DNA of 64,000 bases from Candidatus Woesearchaeota archaeon (GTDB taxonomy: Archaea; Nanobdellota; Nanobdellia; Woesearchaeales; 21-14-0-10-32-9). The position numbers and the translations under genes are program-made. The notes under the pieces were generated by a model that was not told the origin of the DNA, made no database searches, and saw only the letters and a list, made by a program, of their open reading frames with translations. Below, in pieces: positions 9,465 to 17,935 of this stretch (position 1 is its first letter; each line of letters opens with the position of its first letter). The stretch covers positions 14,261 through 78,260 of the forward strand of contig JBLKOK010000001.1 in NCBI GenBank assembly GCA_047602735.1, given 5' to 3'.

Positions 9465-9848
9465 ATGCCTCATCAATGCGTAAAATGTGGAAATTTGCAT
9501 GGAGATGCTTCTGAAGCTATACTTAAAGGATGTACTAGTTGCGGCGGAAAATTATTTTTCTTTGTAAAAAAAGATGACTTAGAAGCAGTTAAGAATAGAA
9601 CCAGGAATTTAACTGATAAAGAAAAAAAACAAATCGAAAGCGACGTATTAGATATTATTGGAGAGAGACCAAATAAGGATTTGCCTGTCGTTTTAGATAT
9701 TGAGAGTATAAATATATTAAAACCTGGAAAGTATGAGTTAGATCTTGTTAATTTGTTTAAGAAAAAACAACCATTAATCTATAAATTAGACGAAGGCAAA
9801 TACGTTGTTGATATAATTGAGAGCTTTAAAAATTTATCAAAAAAATAA
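9465..9848 (+). CDS. Zn-ribbon protein (DUF2072-like)
   Basis: N-terminal CVKCG...CTSCGG four-cysteine ribbon; third gene of the GTPase trio. Confidence 0.55.
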   Translation: MPHQCVKCGNLHGDASEAILKGCTSCGGKLFFFVKKDDLEAVKNRTRNLTDKEKKQIESDVLDIIGERPNKDLPVVLDIESINILKPGKYELDLVNLFKKKQPLIYKLDEGKYVVDIIESFKNLSKK

Positions 9849-9874
9849 ATAAAGCCTAAACAAATTCTAATACC

Positions 9875-10867
9875 ATGAATTACGTAATTGAAGAATCTGC
9901 AAAGATAAAAGTAGACTTAGAGCCAATAGTTCATAAAAAGATGAATGTTTTTTATAATCCAGATATGAAACTAAACAGAGATCTTAGTATTTACATATTA
10001 CAAGAATATTCTAAAGATAACTGGAGAGTAGGTCTTCCACTTGCAGGTAGCGGTATTAGGGCAATTCGTATAAAGAAAGAAGTGACAAATGAATTAGAAA
10101 TACATGTTAATGATTTAAAACAAGATTTTAAAGAAAGAATAGACGAAACATGCAGATTAAATGAAGTTGAATTGAATGTGCATAATGAAGATGCTAATGT
10201 TTTTTTGAGTAAGCATAAATTTGATTATGTTGATGTTGATCCTTTCGGTAGTCCAAACCCTTTCTTAGATAGTGCAGTTAGAAGTCTTAAAAATAAAGGA
10301 ATACTAGCAGTTACAGCAACAGATACAGGAGCGCTTTGTGGAAGCTTTGTAAACGCTTGCAAAAGAAAATATTGGGCTAAACCTAAAAGAGATGAAAGAA
10401 TGCACGAGAACGGTCTTAGAATACTTATTAGAAAGATTCAACTTGTAGGAGCACAACATTCTCTTGCTTTAATTCCTATTTATTCTATATCACAGCTTCA
10501 TTATATGAAAGTATTCTTTTTTGTAGATAAAGGTAAAAAGAAAGTTGATGAACTATTAAAAAAACATGATTTTAAAGAGGACGTAGGCCCTATGTGGATA
10601 GGAGATTTATGGGATAGCGAGCTTGCAAAAAATATTTGTTTAAAATCAGATGATAAAATAACTAAATTAATTTATGAAGAAAGCTTAATAAAAGGAGAAT
10701 TGTATGATGTACATCAGATGGCTAAGAGAAATAACTTAAAGAGTATACCTAAATTTGAAGATATTTTATCAAATATTAAAGGAAGTAGAAGTCATTTTGA
10801 TGATAAATGTATAAGAACAAAATTAAATGAAAAAGAAATTGTGAAAGTTATCCAACAGCTCTTCTAA
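9875..10867 (+). CDS. trm1: tRNA (guanine26-N2)-dimethyltransferase Trm1
   Basis: FYNPDMKLNRDLSI, PLAGSGIRAIR and VDVDPFGSPNPFLDSA are characteristic Trm1 motifs. Confidence 0.85.
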   Translation: MNYVIEESAKIKVDLEPIVHKKMNVFYNPDMKLNRDLSIYILQEYSKDNWRVGLPLAGSGIRAIRIKKEVTNELEIHVNDLKQDFKERIDETCRLNEVELNVHNEDANVFLSKHKFDYVDVDPFGSPNPFLDSAVRSLKNKGILAVTATDTGALCGSFVNACKRKYWAKPKRDERMHENGLRILIRKIQLVGAQHSLALIPIYSISQLHYMKVFFFVDKGKKKVDELLKKHDFKEDVGPMWIGDLWDSELAKNICLKSDDKITKLIYEESLIKGELYDVHQMAKRNNLKSIPKFEDILSNIKGSRSHFDDKCIRTKLNEKEIVKVIQQLF

Positions 10868-11126
10868 CATCAACTGTTTCAGCGCTATTAACTCCTTCTA
10901 AAGCTTGAAGTTCTTTTTCTAAAGATTCAGGGCTTCCAAGGCTTTCATCAATAACAAATGTTAAATTTAGAGATTTTAATCCAAATGCTACAGGTATTAT
11001 TTCTACTTTTAACTCATCGTTTCCTGAGAAAGCTTTAATCTTTTGTGCTGCTAGTTCTTCTAATGCCTTTAAATCTGTTTCTGGCGAAGAAGGCATTACT
11101 TTTATTGTAACAATTGCTTTTGCCAT
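10848..11126 (-). CDS. Archaeal translation elongation factor aEF-1 beta
   Basis: MAKAIVTIKVMPSSPETDLKALE...PVAFGLKSLNL...VDVRR matches the aEF-1beta pattern over the full 92 aa. Confidence 0.9.
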   Translation of the reverse strand: MAKAIVTIKVMPSSPETDLKALEELAAQKIKAFSGNDELKVEIIPVAFGLKSLNLTFVIDESLGSPESLEKELQALEGVNSAETVDVRRAVG

Positions 11127-11127
11127 T

Positions 11128-11301
11128 TTAGTTAGGACCTACAAAGCCACACTTTGGGCATGTGTATTGTGCTACTATCTCTCTTGCTTTTCTAGAGCGA
11201 ACTATCTCAAAATCATTACATCCAGGGCAATTAAATATAACTGATCCTGAATCATTTGTGATTCTTGTGTTTGTTGATAAGCATTTTTTTTGAGTTTCCA
11301 T
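11128..11301 (-). CDS. Small Zn-ribbon protein (the type usually found next to aEF-1beta in archaea)
   Basis: ORF absent from the supplied track; my own translation is METQKKCLSTNTRITNDSGSVIFNCPGCNDFEIVRSRKAREIVAQYTCPKCGFVGPN, with CPGC...CPKC. It ends 1 nt before the aEF-1beta start. Confidence 0.6.
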   Translation of the reverse strand: METQKKCLSTNTRITNDSGSVIFNCPGCNDFEIVRSRKAREIVAQYTCPKCGFVGPN

Positions 11302-11340
11302 ACTTTTTAGAGAAAATAAAATTGTTTATAAATATATCGT

Positions 11341-12105
11341 TCAAATATGTTTTTTAGCATAATCATAACCCTTATTGATTATCTTTATGTATTCTTCGTC
11401 TTTTTTTAAGAAATTAAGAGCGAAATATTTAGCTAAATCCACTTTAACATAAATAAACTCATCAAACTTGGATTGTTCTAAAAATAATTCTTTTGTTCTT
11501 TGAGCAGCATTTTTTTGAGATATGTATAGGCTTTGTCTTAAAACATCCAATAAATTAGGATTGTCTAACTCTAAAAGCGCACTAACAACATCTATAACTA
11601 TTACTTTTTTAGATTTAGGTATAAAATTTACAGGAGTAGGTATTGTAAAACCTGCATCTACTAAGATCATATCATCCTTATTTACTGGTTTAAAAACACC
11701 CGGTATACTAATTGAAGCTCTTACAGCCTCCCATACTTTGCCAGAATCTAACTTTATTTCTTCTCCGTTTTTTATGTTTAGAGCATTTACTATTAAAGGA
11801 ATCTTTAAGTCTTTAAAGTCTAAGTCTAAATGTTTTTTTAAAAAATCATCTATTTTTTTTCCACCAATTAAAGATTCATTAAATAAAGAAAAGTCTAATA
11901 ACTTTAAAGATCTTGATGTTAATAAAAGTTCTTTTATTTTTTCACTCGAGTAGCCATTACAATATAGTGCACCTACTAAAGCCCCCATAGAGCTTCCAAT
12001 AATTAAATCTGGCGTTTCATTTATTTCTTCTAAATATTTTAATATACCAATATGGGCTAGCCCTTTAATACCTCCACTTCCAAGAACTAAAGTAAAATTT
12101 TTCAT
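11341..12105 (-). CDS. Patatin-like phospholipase
   Basis: GGGIKG oxyanion motif, GSSMG (GxSxG) nucleophile and a DAG motif (LVDAGFT). Confidence 0.8.
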   Translation of the reverse strand: MKNFTLVLGSGGIKGLAHIGILKYLEEINETPDLIIGSSMGALVGALYCNGYSSEKIKELLLTSRSLKLLDFSLFNESLIGGKKIDDFLKKHLDLDFKDLKIPLIVNALNIKNGEEIKLDSGKVWEAVRASISIPGVFKPVNKDDMILVDAGFTIPTPVNFIPKSKKVIVIDVVSALLELDNPNLLDVLRQSLYISQKNAAQRTKELFLEQSKFDEFIYVKVDLAKYFALNFLKKDEEYIKIINKGYDYAKKHI

Positions 12106-12162
12106 ATAAATAGATTAACAATACTAAAAAAATATAAAGTTTTGGTATTTATCTAATGAAAT

Positions 12163-12798
12163 ATGAGAAGCGTAGTATTTCCAATCATAGGTATAAACAT
12201 ATTAGTTTACCTAATACAAATAATGTGGGAACCATTTACAGGTTTGTTTTTGTTAGATCAGAGTAAGGTTTTAATGGAGCCCTATAGGTTATTAACAAGT
12301 ATGTTTATGCATGGTTCAAATAGCCATATAGCCTTTAATATGTTTGGTCTTTTAATCTTTGGACCCATACTTGAACAAATAATCGGACCTAAAAGATTTT
12401 TATATACATATATTGGATCTGGGCTTTTTGCAGGAATTGTAGCTGCCTTCCTTTATCCACTCGCACTTGGAGCTAGCGGAGCTATATTTGGAATGCTTGG
12501 AGTTTTAATTATGCTTTTACCAAATCTTAAGATACTTTTATTTTTTATAATCCCTATGCCTTTGTGGATGGCAGGAGTTTTATGGGTAGGTATTGATGTG
12601 TTCGGATTGTTTAATCCAGGAAGCGTGGCTAATGCAGCACATCTTGCAGGTATAGCAGCAGGCTTTGGATATGGTTATTATCTTAAACATCCTAAGCTTA
12701 GGCCAAGAAGAAAAAAACCTCAGACAAAGATTATGACTGGAGACATAGAATTGTCTGATGAAGACATAGAACAATTTAAAAGAACTGGAAGAATATAA
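12163..12798 (+). CDS. Rhomboid-family intramembrane serine protease
   Basis: HGSNSHIAFN (HxxxN), GASGAIFG (GxSG), AHLAGIAAG, and multiple TM helices. Confidence 0.8.
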   Translation: MRSVVFPIIGINILVYLIQIMWEPFTGLFLLDQSKVLMEPYRLLTSMFMHGSNSHIAFNMFGLLIFGPILEQIIGPKRFLYTYIGSGLFAGIVAAFLYPLALGASGAIFGMLGVLIMLLPNLKILLFFIIPMPLWMAGVLWVGIDVFGLFNPGSVANAAHLAGIAAGFGYGYYLKHPKLRPRRKKPQTKIMTGDIELSDEDIEQFKRTGRI

Positions 12799-12801
12799 AA
12801 T

Positions 12802-13293
12802 TTAAGCTTTTTGCAAGCCCAAATCATATATTGAATAAGACTCAGTGCTCATTATTTCTTTTGTTAAAGCATTTATTTTCATGTTAAGTAAATCAAACGT
12901 GTGAGTCATAATAGTCGTATTCCACATAAGTGTCTTGTCTGATTGCAATATGAATATTTTTTTGCTAACAGAAGTTATTCCTTTTTTCATAAGGTCGCTG
13001 TCTATTAGCGTTATTACTTCATCAAAAGATACTTTTAAATTTGATAAATCAACAGGGTTTAACTCGGAGTCTTCTTTTTTTAGAACTTCATCCTCTTGTC
13101 TTTTTTTAAAAGGATTAGATTCAAATACTAATACTTTTTTAGATTCTTTATTATAAAAGCCAAATTCCCAAGAAGATTCTTTATTTGGTTCTTGAATTAA
13201 GCAAGCATGACTTAAGAAAAATTTGTCATCAGCTAATACTTTTAAAACTTCATCTTCTTTTTTTATACTTTCATATGCTATTAATAAATCCAT
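12802..13293 (-). CDS. Hypothetical protein
   Basis: 163-aa ORF with no recognised motif. Confidence 0.4.
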   Translation of the reverse strand: MDLLIAYESIKKEDEVLKVLADDKFFLSHACLIQEPNKESSWEFGFYNKESKKVLVFESNPFKKRQEDEVLKKEDSELNPVDLSNLKVSFDEVITLIDSDLMKKGITSVSKKIFILQSDKTLMWNTTIMTHTFDLLNMKINALTKEIMSTESYSIYDLGLQKA

Positions 13294-13368
13294 ATTATAA
13301 GATATTATAATGGTTTATATAAGTTTTTTGAAAATCTTTAAATACGTGTGGTTAATAATTATATTGGG

Positions 13369-14004
13369 ATGGTTGAAGTAAAGATAACATATGAGACTCT
13401 TTTTGATCTTTTACGTAGAGAGAGAAGTCGTAATGAAATTCAAGATCTCGAGGATACTTTTTATGATGATGTTAAATCTTATTTGAGAGATAAAGAAATT
13501 ATGATGAATGAAGAGGACAAAAAGTTTACTTCTAGAGCAGAAAAAGAGAAAATTAAGATTCAGATAAAAAATGCTAAGAAGATTGTTAAAGAGCTTTATG
13601 AAACTCGTGAAAAAAAGATTTTGCATTTAGCCTCTAACAAAGTTAAAACAAACAGTGTTTTGATTAAAACTTCTAATCTCCTACCTAAAGAAAAAGAGTT
13701 TTTTGATGAAGCAGTTCTTCTTTTAAGAAAATCAAAGAAAGATATGCTTAAAGAAATAGTTGTTTTAGAAACTGCAGAAATAGATAGCTCTGAAATGAAA
13801 AACACTAAACAAGAAAAAGAAATAAAAGAAGAACCCAAAAAAAATAGTGATGAGCAAATAAAAATAAAACTCAGTTCTAATCTTCCAAAATTTGTAGGTT
13901 TAGATCAAAAAATATACGGACCATATAGTAAAGGAGAGATTGTAGATCTTCCAAGTAACGTAGCCAATTTACTCGTTAATAAAGGAAGAGCAGAAACAAT
14001 TTAA
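13369..14004 (+). CDS. GINS subunit (Gins51/Gins15-like) of the replicative helicase complex
   Basis: N-terminus MVEVKITYETLFDLLRRERSRNEIQDLEDTFYDDVKSYL, and C-terminal B-domain-like LPKFVGLDQKIYGPYSKGEIVDLPSNVANLLVNKGRAE. I prefer the ATG at 13369 to the GTG at 13348, because the TATA-like CTTTAAATAC sits about 25 nt upstream of it, which fits a leaderless mRNA. Confidence 0.6.
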   Translation: MVEVKITYETLFDLLRRERSRNEIQDLEDTFYDDVKSYLRDKEIMMNEEDKKFTSRAEKEKIKIQIKNAKKIVKELYETREKKILHLASNKVKTNSVLIKTSNLLPKEKEFFDEAVLLLRKSKKDMLKEIVVLETAEIDSSEMKNTKQEKEIKEEPKKNSDEQIKIKLSSNLPKFVGLDQKIYGPYSKGEIVDLPSNVANLLVNKGRAETI

Positions 14005-14150
14005 TCTTCATCATCATCAAAAAAAGTATCTAAATTCTGGCTTTTAATTTTTGCTTTATAACTTATACTTGCCATACAATCAATATTAAAACAAGTCTTT
14101 ATAAATTAATCTAAGATGCAATATAACTCTTCTAAACTATAAACTAAATA

Positions 14151-14444
14151 CTATTTTTTGAAATAGTTAGATAGTACATCATCTAATATAAATGCACCCA
14201 CTACTTTAGATAACGACTTCATATTAGGATCTAAGTTTTTAGGAATTATATAATCTAAAACTAAGTCGTATAGTTCTAGTTTTTCTTTATCAGATAAGTC
14301 AAAGGAAGGCTTATCTTTAGGTATTGCTTTGTTTATGTCAAATGGTTTTGGCTTATAAGAAGGAGATTTAAATTTGTTAGATTCAGATACTTTAGACTTC
14401 ATAGAAGAGTCTTTATAAACATTAAAAGATTCTTCATATTCCAT
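14151..14444 (-). CDS. Hypothetical protein (97 aa), overlaps the end of the vWA gene by 11 nt
   Basis: ORF only; the overlap suggests co-transcription with the MoxR/vWA genes. Confidence 0.35.
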   Translation of the reverse strand: MEYEESFNVYKDSSMKSKVSESNKFKSPSYKPKPFDINKAIPKDKPSFDLSDKEKLELYDLVLDYIIPKNLDPNMKSLSKVVGAFILDDVLSNYFKK

Positions 14445-15834
14445 TTGTATTCCTCACTTTATTTAATACCAAACTTGGAAGTTTAGCAGTGTCAGAGATC
14501 TTATAGTAATTTATGTTACCTTTAACTTCAAAGCTGTCTTCAAAACAAATATTAAAGAAATTTACGTTACTGTTTAATTTATTAAAAAAGTTGTAAATAT
14601 TATCTAAATTCCGTATATCCATATCAGATATTAAATAAATATCTTTTTTATCTAATAATTTTTTATCTAATGTCTCAAGTTCAAGTAAGGTACCACTATT
14701 TTGAAATAATAAAATATGCTCTAAGATTTTTTGCTTATTAAGAGTGTGAGGTTGAATTAGAGTTTGATTACTAAAATTCACTATCCCCACCTTTTTTTTG
14801 TTAGACAAATAATGTTTTGCGATACTAAATGCAGAAATGACAGAATCTGATTTTTCTTGACTCGGATCTTGCATACTTAAACTACTATCAATAAATATAG
14901 TGCACTCATTTAACTCAGGAACCTTATACTCACCTCTATTTATTATTTCTTCATATTTAGTTATAGAAGGCAAGTATTTTCCTTTACTTTTAATTTTGTT
15001 TATACTAGAAATATCCATACCCGGTTCCCAATCCTTTATAGAAACCCCAAAATTGTTTGAAGAATAATTTTTTTGTATGTTTAATAAATAGTTATTGGTT
15101 AATGAATCATAAAAATTTAACAAGCTTATATTTGTGTTTAGAGAATTATTTACCGATGTTATCTCGTAAGGTTCTAACTCCTGTACTATTTCATCTAACA
15201 CATTGTTTTTTGATTGTTGTTCAAATATTACTGTGTCATTATTTTGTTCTTGTTTATTTACTTCGTTTACTAATAGTTTTGAGAAGTTAAAGCAATTTTG
15301 TCTTAAGGATTTAATTTCTAAGTTATCATAATTTAGTGAAGATAACTTATATACTAATTCTTGGTTTATTCCTTGAAAGTTACCAAAGTCTAGGCCTGTT
15401 AAAACATTATATAAACATTTTATTGATTTATCTATATAAGAATTAGAATTCATATCTTTATAGACATCAGCTATTTGAACTATACCCCGTTTTATAAGAT
15501 CTAAGTTTATTACAACGTCATTGAAATAATTTGCTAGCTTAGTTCCTTGTTTTTTTGATACTTTTGACGCTTCTAAGTTTAGTAAAATATTTGTTTTTAG
15601 ATCATAAGGTAAAGTTACGTAGTGATTTGCTTCATGAGCTAGCACTCCTTTAAAGAAAGTTCTTAGATCCAGATTAGATCTTTTTATAAAACCATCATAG
15701 ATAAATATTTCTTTTGAATTCATATTAATAAAAGCAGTATCATCACCTGAAATTATTGAAGGATCTTTAAGATTAGGATAACCAAGCTTATTTTTTACAT
15801 CTTCCCATTCATAAAGCATTACCTGATCAATCAT
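14434..15834 (-). CDS. vWA-domain protein with N-terminal putative metallopeptidase domain (DUF2201-type partner of MoxR ATPases)
   Basis: HExxH in VLAHEANHYV; MIDAS-like DxSxS in IFIDSSLSMQD; located downstream of a MoxR-like ATPase gene. Confidence 0.65.
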   Translation of the reverse strand: MIDQVMLYEWEDVKNKLGYPNLKDPSIISGDDTAFINMNSKEIFIYDGFIKRSNLDLRTFFKGVLAHEANHYVTLPYDLKTNILLNLEASKVSKKQGTKLANYFNDVVINLDLIKRGIVQIADVYKDMNSNSYIDKSIKCLYNVLTGLDFGNFQGINQELVYKLSSLNYDNLEIKSLRQNCFNFSKLLVNEVNKQEQNNDTVIFEQQSKNNVLDEIVQELEPYEITSVNNSLNTNISLLNFYDSLTNNYLLNIQKNYSSNNFGVSIKDWEPGMDISSINKIKSKGKYLPSITKYEEIINRGEYKVPELNECTIFIDSSLSMQDPSQEKSDSVISAFSIAKHYLSNKKKVGIVNFSNQTLIQPHTLNKQKILEHILLFQNSGTLLELETLDKKLLDKKDIYLISDMDIRNLDNIYNFFNKLNSNVNFFNICFEDSFEVKGNINYYKISDTAKLPSLVLNKVRNTNGI

Positions 15835-15907
15835 AACATAATTAATTAGTTAAACTATAACTTATATTGAACTGATAAAAAACCAGAAGATATACGGATA
15901 AATACCT

Positions 15908-17194
15908 TTATTTTACGTAGCTTTCAAAAACAGGATGATCCATACTTTTAGCTTTGGTTTTTGCTTTAACATAATCTTTTTTTAATATATAATCTATTAT
16001 TTCTTCTTGATGCCCTTTAAGTTTTGAGAAACGTTTAACTACGTCATTAACTAAGTTAAATGATATCTCTAAAGAAGTAGGATGATCTCTTTTGTCTAAT
16101 TGCTTATTTTGAGAATAAGATTCTTTTATAAAATTTTTATGCCAGACTGCATAAGGTGTTACTTGTACTACATCAGCCATTTTTACTTCGTTATCATTTC
16201 TTAACCAAGCAAGAGCTTTACTATAATTAGCTATAGAAGATTGAGTTCTTATACTTATAGGCGATTTTATTTTACTACAAGAATAAGTATTATAATGACA
16301 CCCAGAAGGACAGCTATCAGTACTTCTTTTAACTCCAAATTGTGAACAACTTGTAAATTCAGATATTAATAAATCTAAAAATAAATTAGTCTCTTTGGTA
16401 AAAGCTATTGATTTTATGTCTTGGTTAATTTTTTTTATTTCTTCTTTTGATAATAGTTCAAGTCCATATTGATCAAATAATTCTTTTTTAAAACTCATAG
16501 ATATATCATTTAAAGTATCATCTAAGTTTGGAGTGTTTAAATTTTTTTTATATTGATTTAGATAATTAGAATAAACTAAAGAAGCAGTTTTTTTAGACCT
16601 TATCATCCTAGCTATGTTTATATTAGGACTTTTAGTTTCTAAACATAAATCAAATCTATCTAGTAATGGAGGAATTATAGAGTAATTTCCTTGATCTTTA
16701 TAGTTTGCTGTCGCAAACCAAGCGCTTGATTTTGATTGATAATTGTCATTTAGAAAATTCCAAGAATTTGTTTGCATACCACTTAAGAGTATATTTTGCT
16801 TACTTTCAGGTATTCTGTTTACTTCATCTATTATCTTAGAAGGAACTTGTACAAAATCACTCCAAAGAACTTTTTCTTCTCCTTTGTTTAATAATCCAAG
16901 ATCAGGTCTTCCCACAATATATTCATAAGATAATTCAGGATGACCTTTTAGGCTTGAAGAAGAAATTATACTTATAGGAAGATTTGTTGTTAGAGAGCTT
17001 ATTGTTTCAGCCAGAGTAGTTTTTCCAAGTCCATACTCACCCACATATAATATTTTGTTGTTTAAAAGGCTTGAAAGTAAACCAAATATTAACTCCGAAT
17101 TATATTTATCAAATCCTATGGTTATATCTGAGCTGCAAAAATAAATATTGTTTTTAATGAAATTATACGTGTCTAATAGTTTAGCTTTTGTCAT
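15908..17194 (-). CDS. MoxR-like AAA+ ATPase with Cys-rich insert
   Basis: Walker A GEYGLGKTT, Walker B plus sensor IIDEVNRIPESKQNILLSGMQ, and ATANYKDQGNYSIIPPLLDRFDL. Cys cluster CSQFGVKRSTDSCPSGCHYNTYSC. Confidence 0.7.
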   Translation of the reverse strand: MTKAKLLDTYNFIKNNIYFCSSDITIGFDKYNSELIFGLLSSLLNNKILYVGEYGLGKTTLAETISSLTTNLPISIISSSSLKGHPELSYEYIVGRPDLGLLNKGEEKVLWSDFVQVPSKIIDEVNRIPESKQNILLSGMQTNSWNFLNDNYQSKSSAWFATANYKDQGNYSIIPPLLDRFDLCLETKSPNINIARMIRSKKTASLVYSNYLNQYKKNLNTPNLDDTLNDISMSFKKELFDQYGLELLSKEEIKKINQDIKSIAFTKETNLFLDLLISEFTSCSQFGVKRSTDSCPSGCHYNTYSCSKIKSPISIRTQSSIANYSKALAWLRNDNEVKMADVVQVTPYAVWHKNFIKESYSQNKQLDKRDHPTSLEISFNLVNDVVKRFSKLKGHQEEIIDYILKKDYVKAKTKAKSMDHPVFESYVK

Positions 17195-17252
17195 TAAACT
17201 ACTAATAAAAAAAATTTAATAAAAGAATATCTTGCTAAAATCCGTAAAATAT

Positions 17253-17375
17253 CTATGATTTCTTAAAAGAATTTTCTTTGCATTCCTCACTGCAAAATGT
17301 TTTTCCTTGAAATAATATAGCTTCATTAAAAGCTACAGCTTTACCACAATTTCCACAATAACTTGAAGTTAACAT
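17253..17375 (-). CDS. Small zinc-finger protein (TRASH-like CxxC...FCSxxC), 40 aa
   Basis: ORF absent from the supplied track; my own translation is MLTSSYCGNCGKAVAFNEAILFQGKTFCSEECKENSFKKS. Confidence 0.4.
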   Translation of the reverse strand: MLTSSYCGNCGKAVAFNEAILFQGKTFCSEECKENSFKKS

Positions 17376-17419
17376 AAGTAATAAAATTAATTAATCATTT
17401 ATAATGATTTTGAAAAATA

Positions 17420-17896
17420 TTAATCAAATAAATATTTTAATCCGTTTTTGGATATAGCTTCAACTTCGTTTAAATTGTAGCCTTGAGAGACTAACTCATC
17501 TTCTGGTTTAAAATAAAAAGATTCTTTATCTTTGGACATATAACATAAGTGGCCTTGAATAGGATCTTTAGAATCTTTTAAAATAAGTGAAACATCATCA
17601 TGTAAAAACCTCGTTATATCAGATCTACTAATATTTTTCTCAAAAGATTTTTTGTTTAATATCAATCTTTCTTTCCCATTAGATTTAATAACCGCACTAT
17701 ATTCTCCATTAATAGTTAATAATTTTTCTTCACCATTTAATTCGACATAAAATTCATTTGTATCAGTGTTTAAGCCCATATAAATAGCATCCACTTCTAA
17801 TAAATTAGGAGCTTTAGGTCGTTTTTGTAATAGAGTTACTTTATCCCCTAACCAAGACGCAGTTTGTTCCAAACTGACAATTGTTGATTTAGTCAT
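17420..17896 (-). CDS. Hypothetical protein
   Basis: 158-aa ORF with no recognised motif. Confidence 0.4.
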   Translation of the reverse strand: MTKSTIVSLEQTASWLGDKVTLLQKRPKAPNLLEVDAIYMGLNTDTNEFYVELNGEEKLLTINGEYSAVIKSNGKERLILNKKSFEKNISRSDITRFLHDDVSLILKDSKDPIQGHLCYMSKDKESFYFKPEDELVSQGYNLNEVEAISKNGLKYLFD

Positions 17897-17935
17897 TTTA
17901 AAGTAGTAAACATTCTTTATTTAAAAAACTTTTTA

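Noticed and set aside
11522-11953. 143-aa plus-strand ORF. The same applies to similar antisense ORFs at 13411..13838, 28192..28695, 38917..39273, 52977..53255 and 62714..63101, among others.
   Set aside because: Each lies fully inside a longer opposite-strand gene with clear family motifs (patatin, GINS, Rad50, NTase, Nudix, YchF). These are shadow ORFs expected from low stop-codon density on the antisense of AT-rich coding DNA.
14001-14075. 24-codon minus-strand mini-ORF (MASISYKAKIKSQNLDTFFDDDED) next to the GINS gene, with a sequence reminiscent of a PCNA-interacting PIP box
   Set aside because: QNLDTFF does not fit the Qxx[ILM]xx[FY][FY] spacing. The ORF has no obvious RBS and is too short to support without conservation data.
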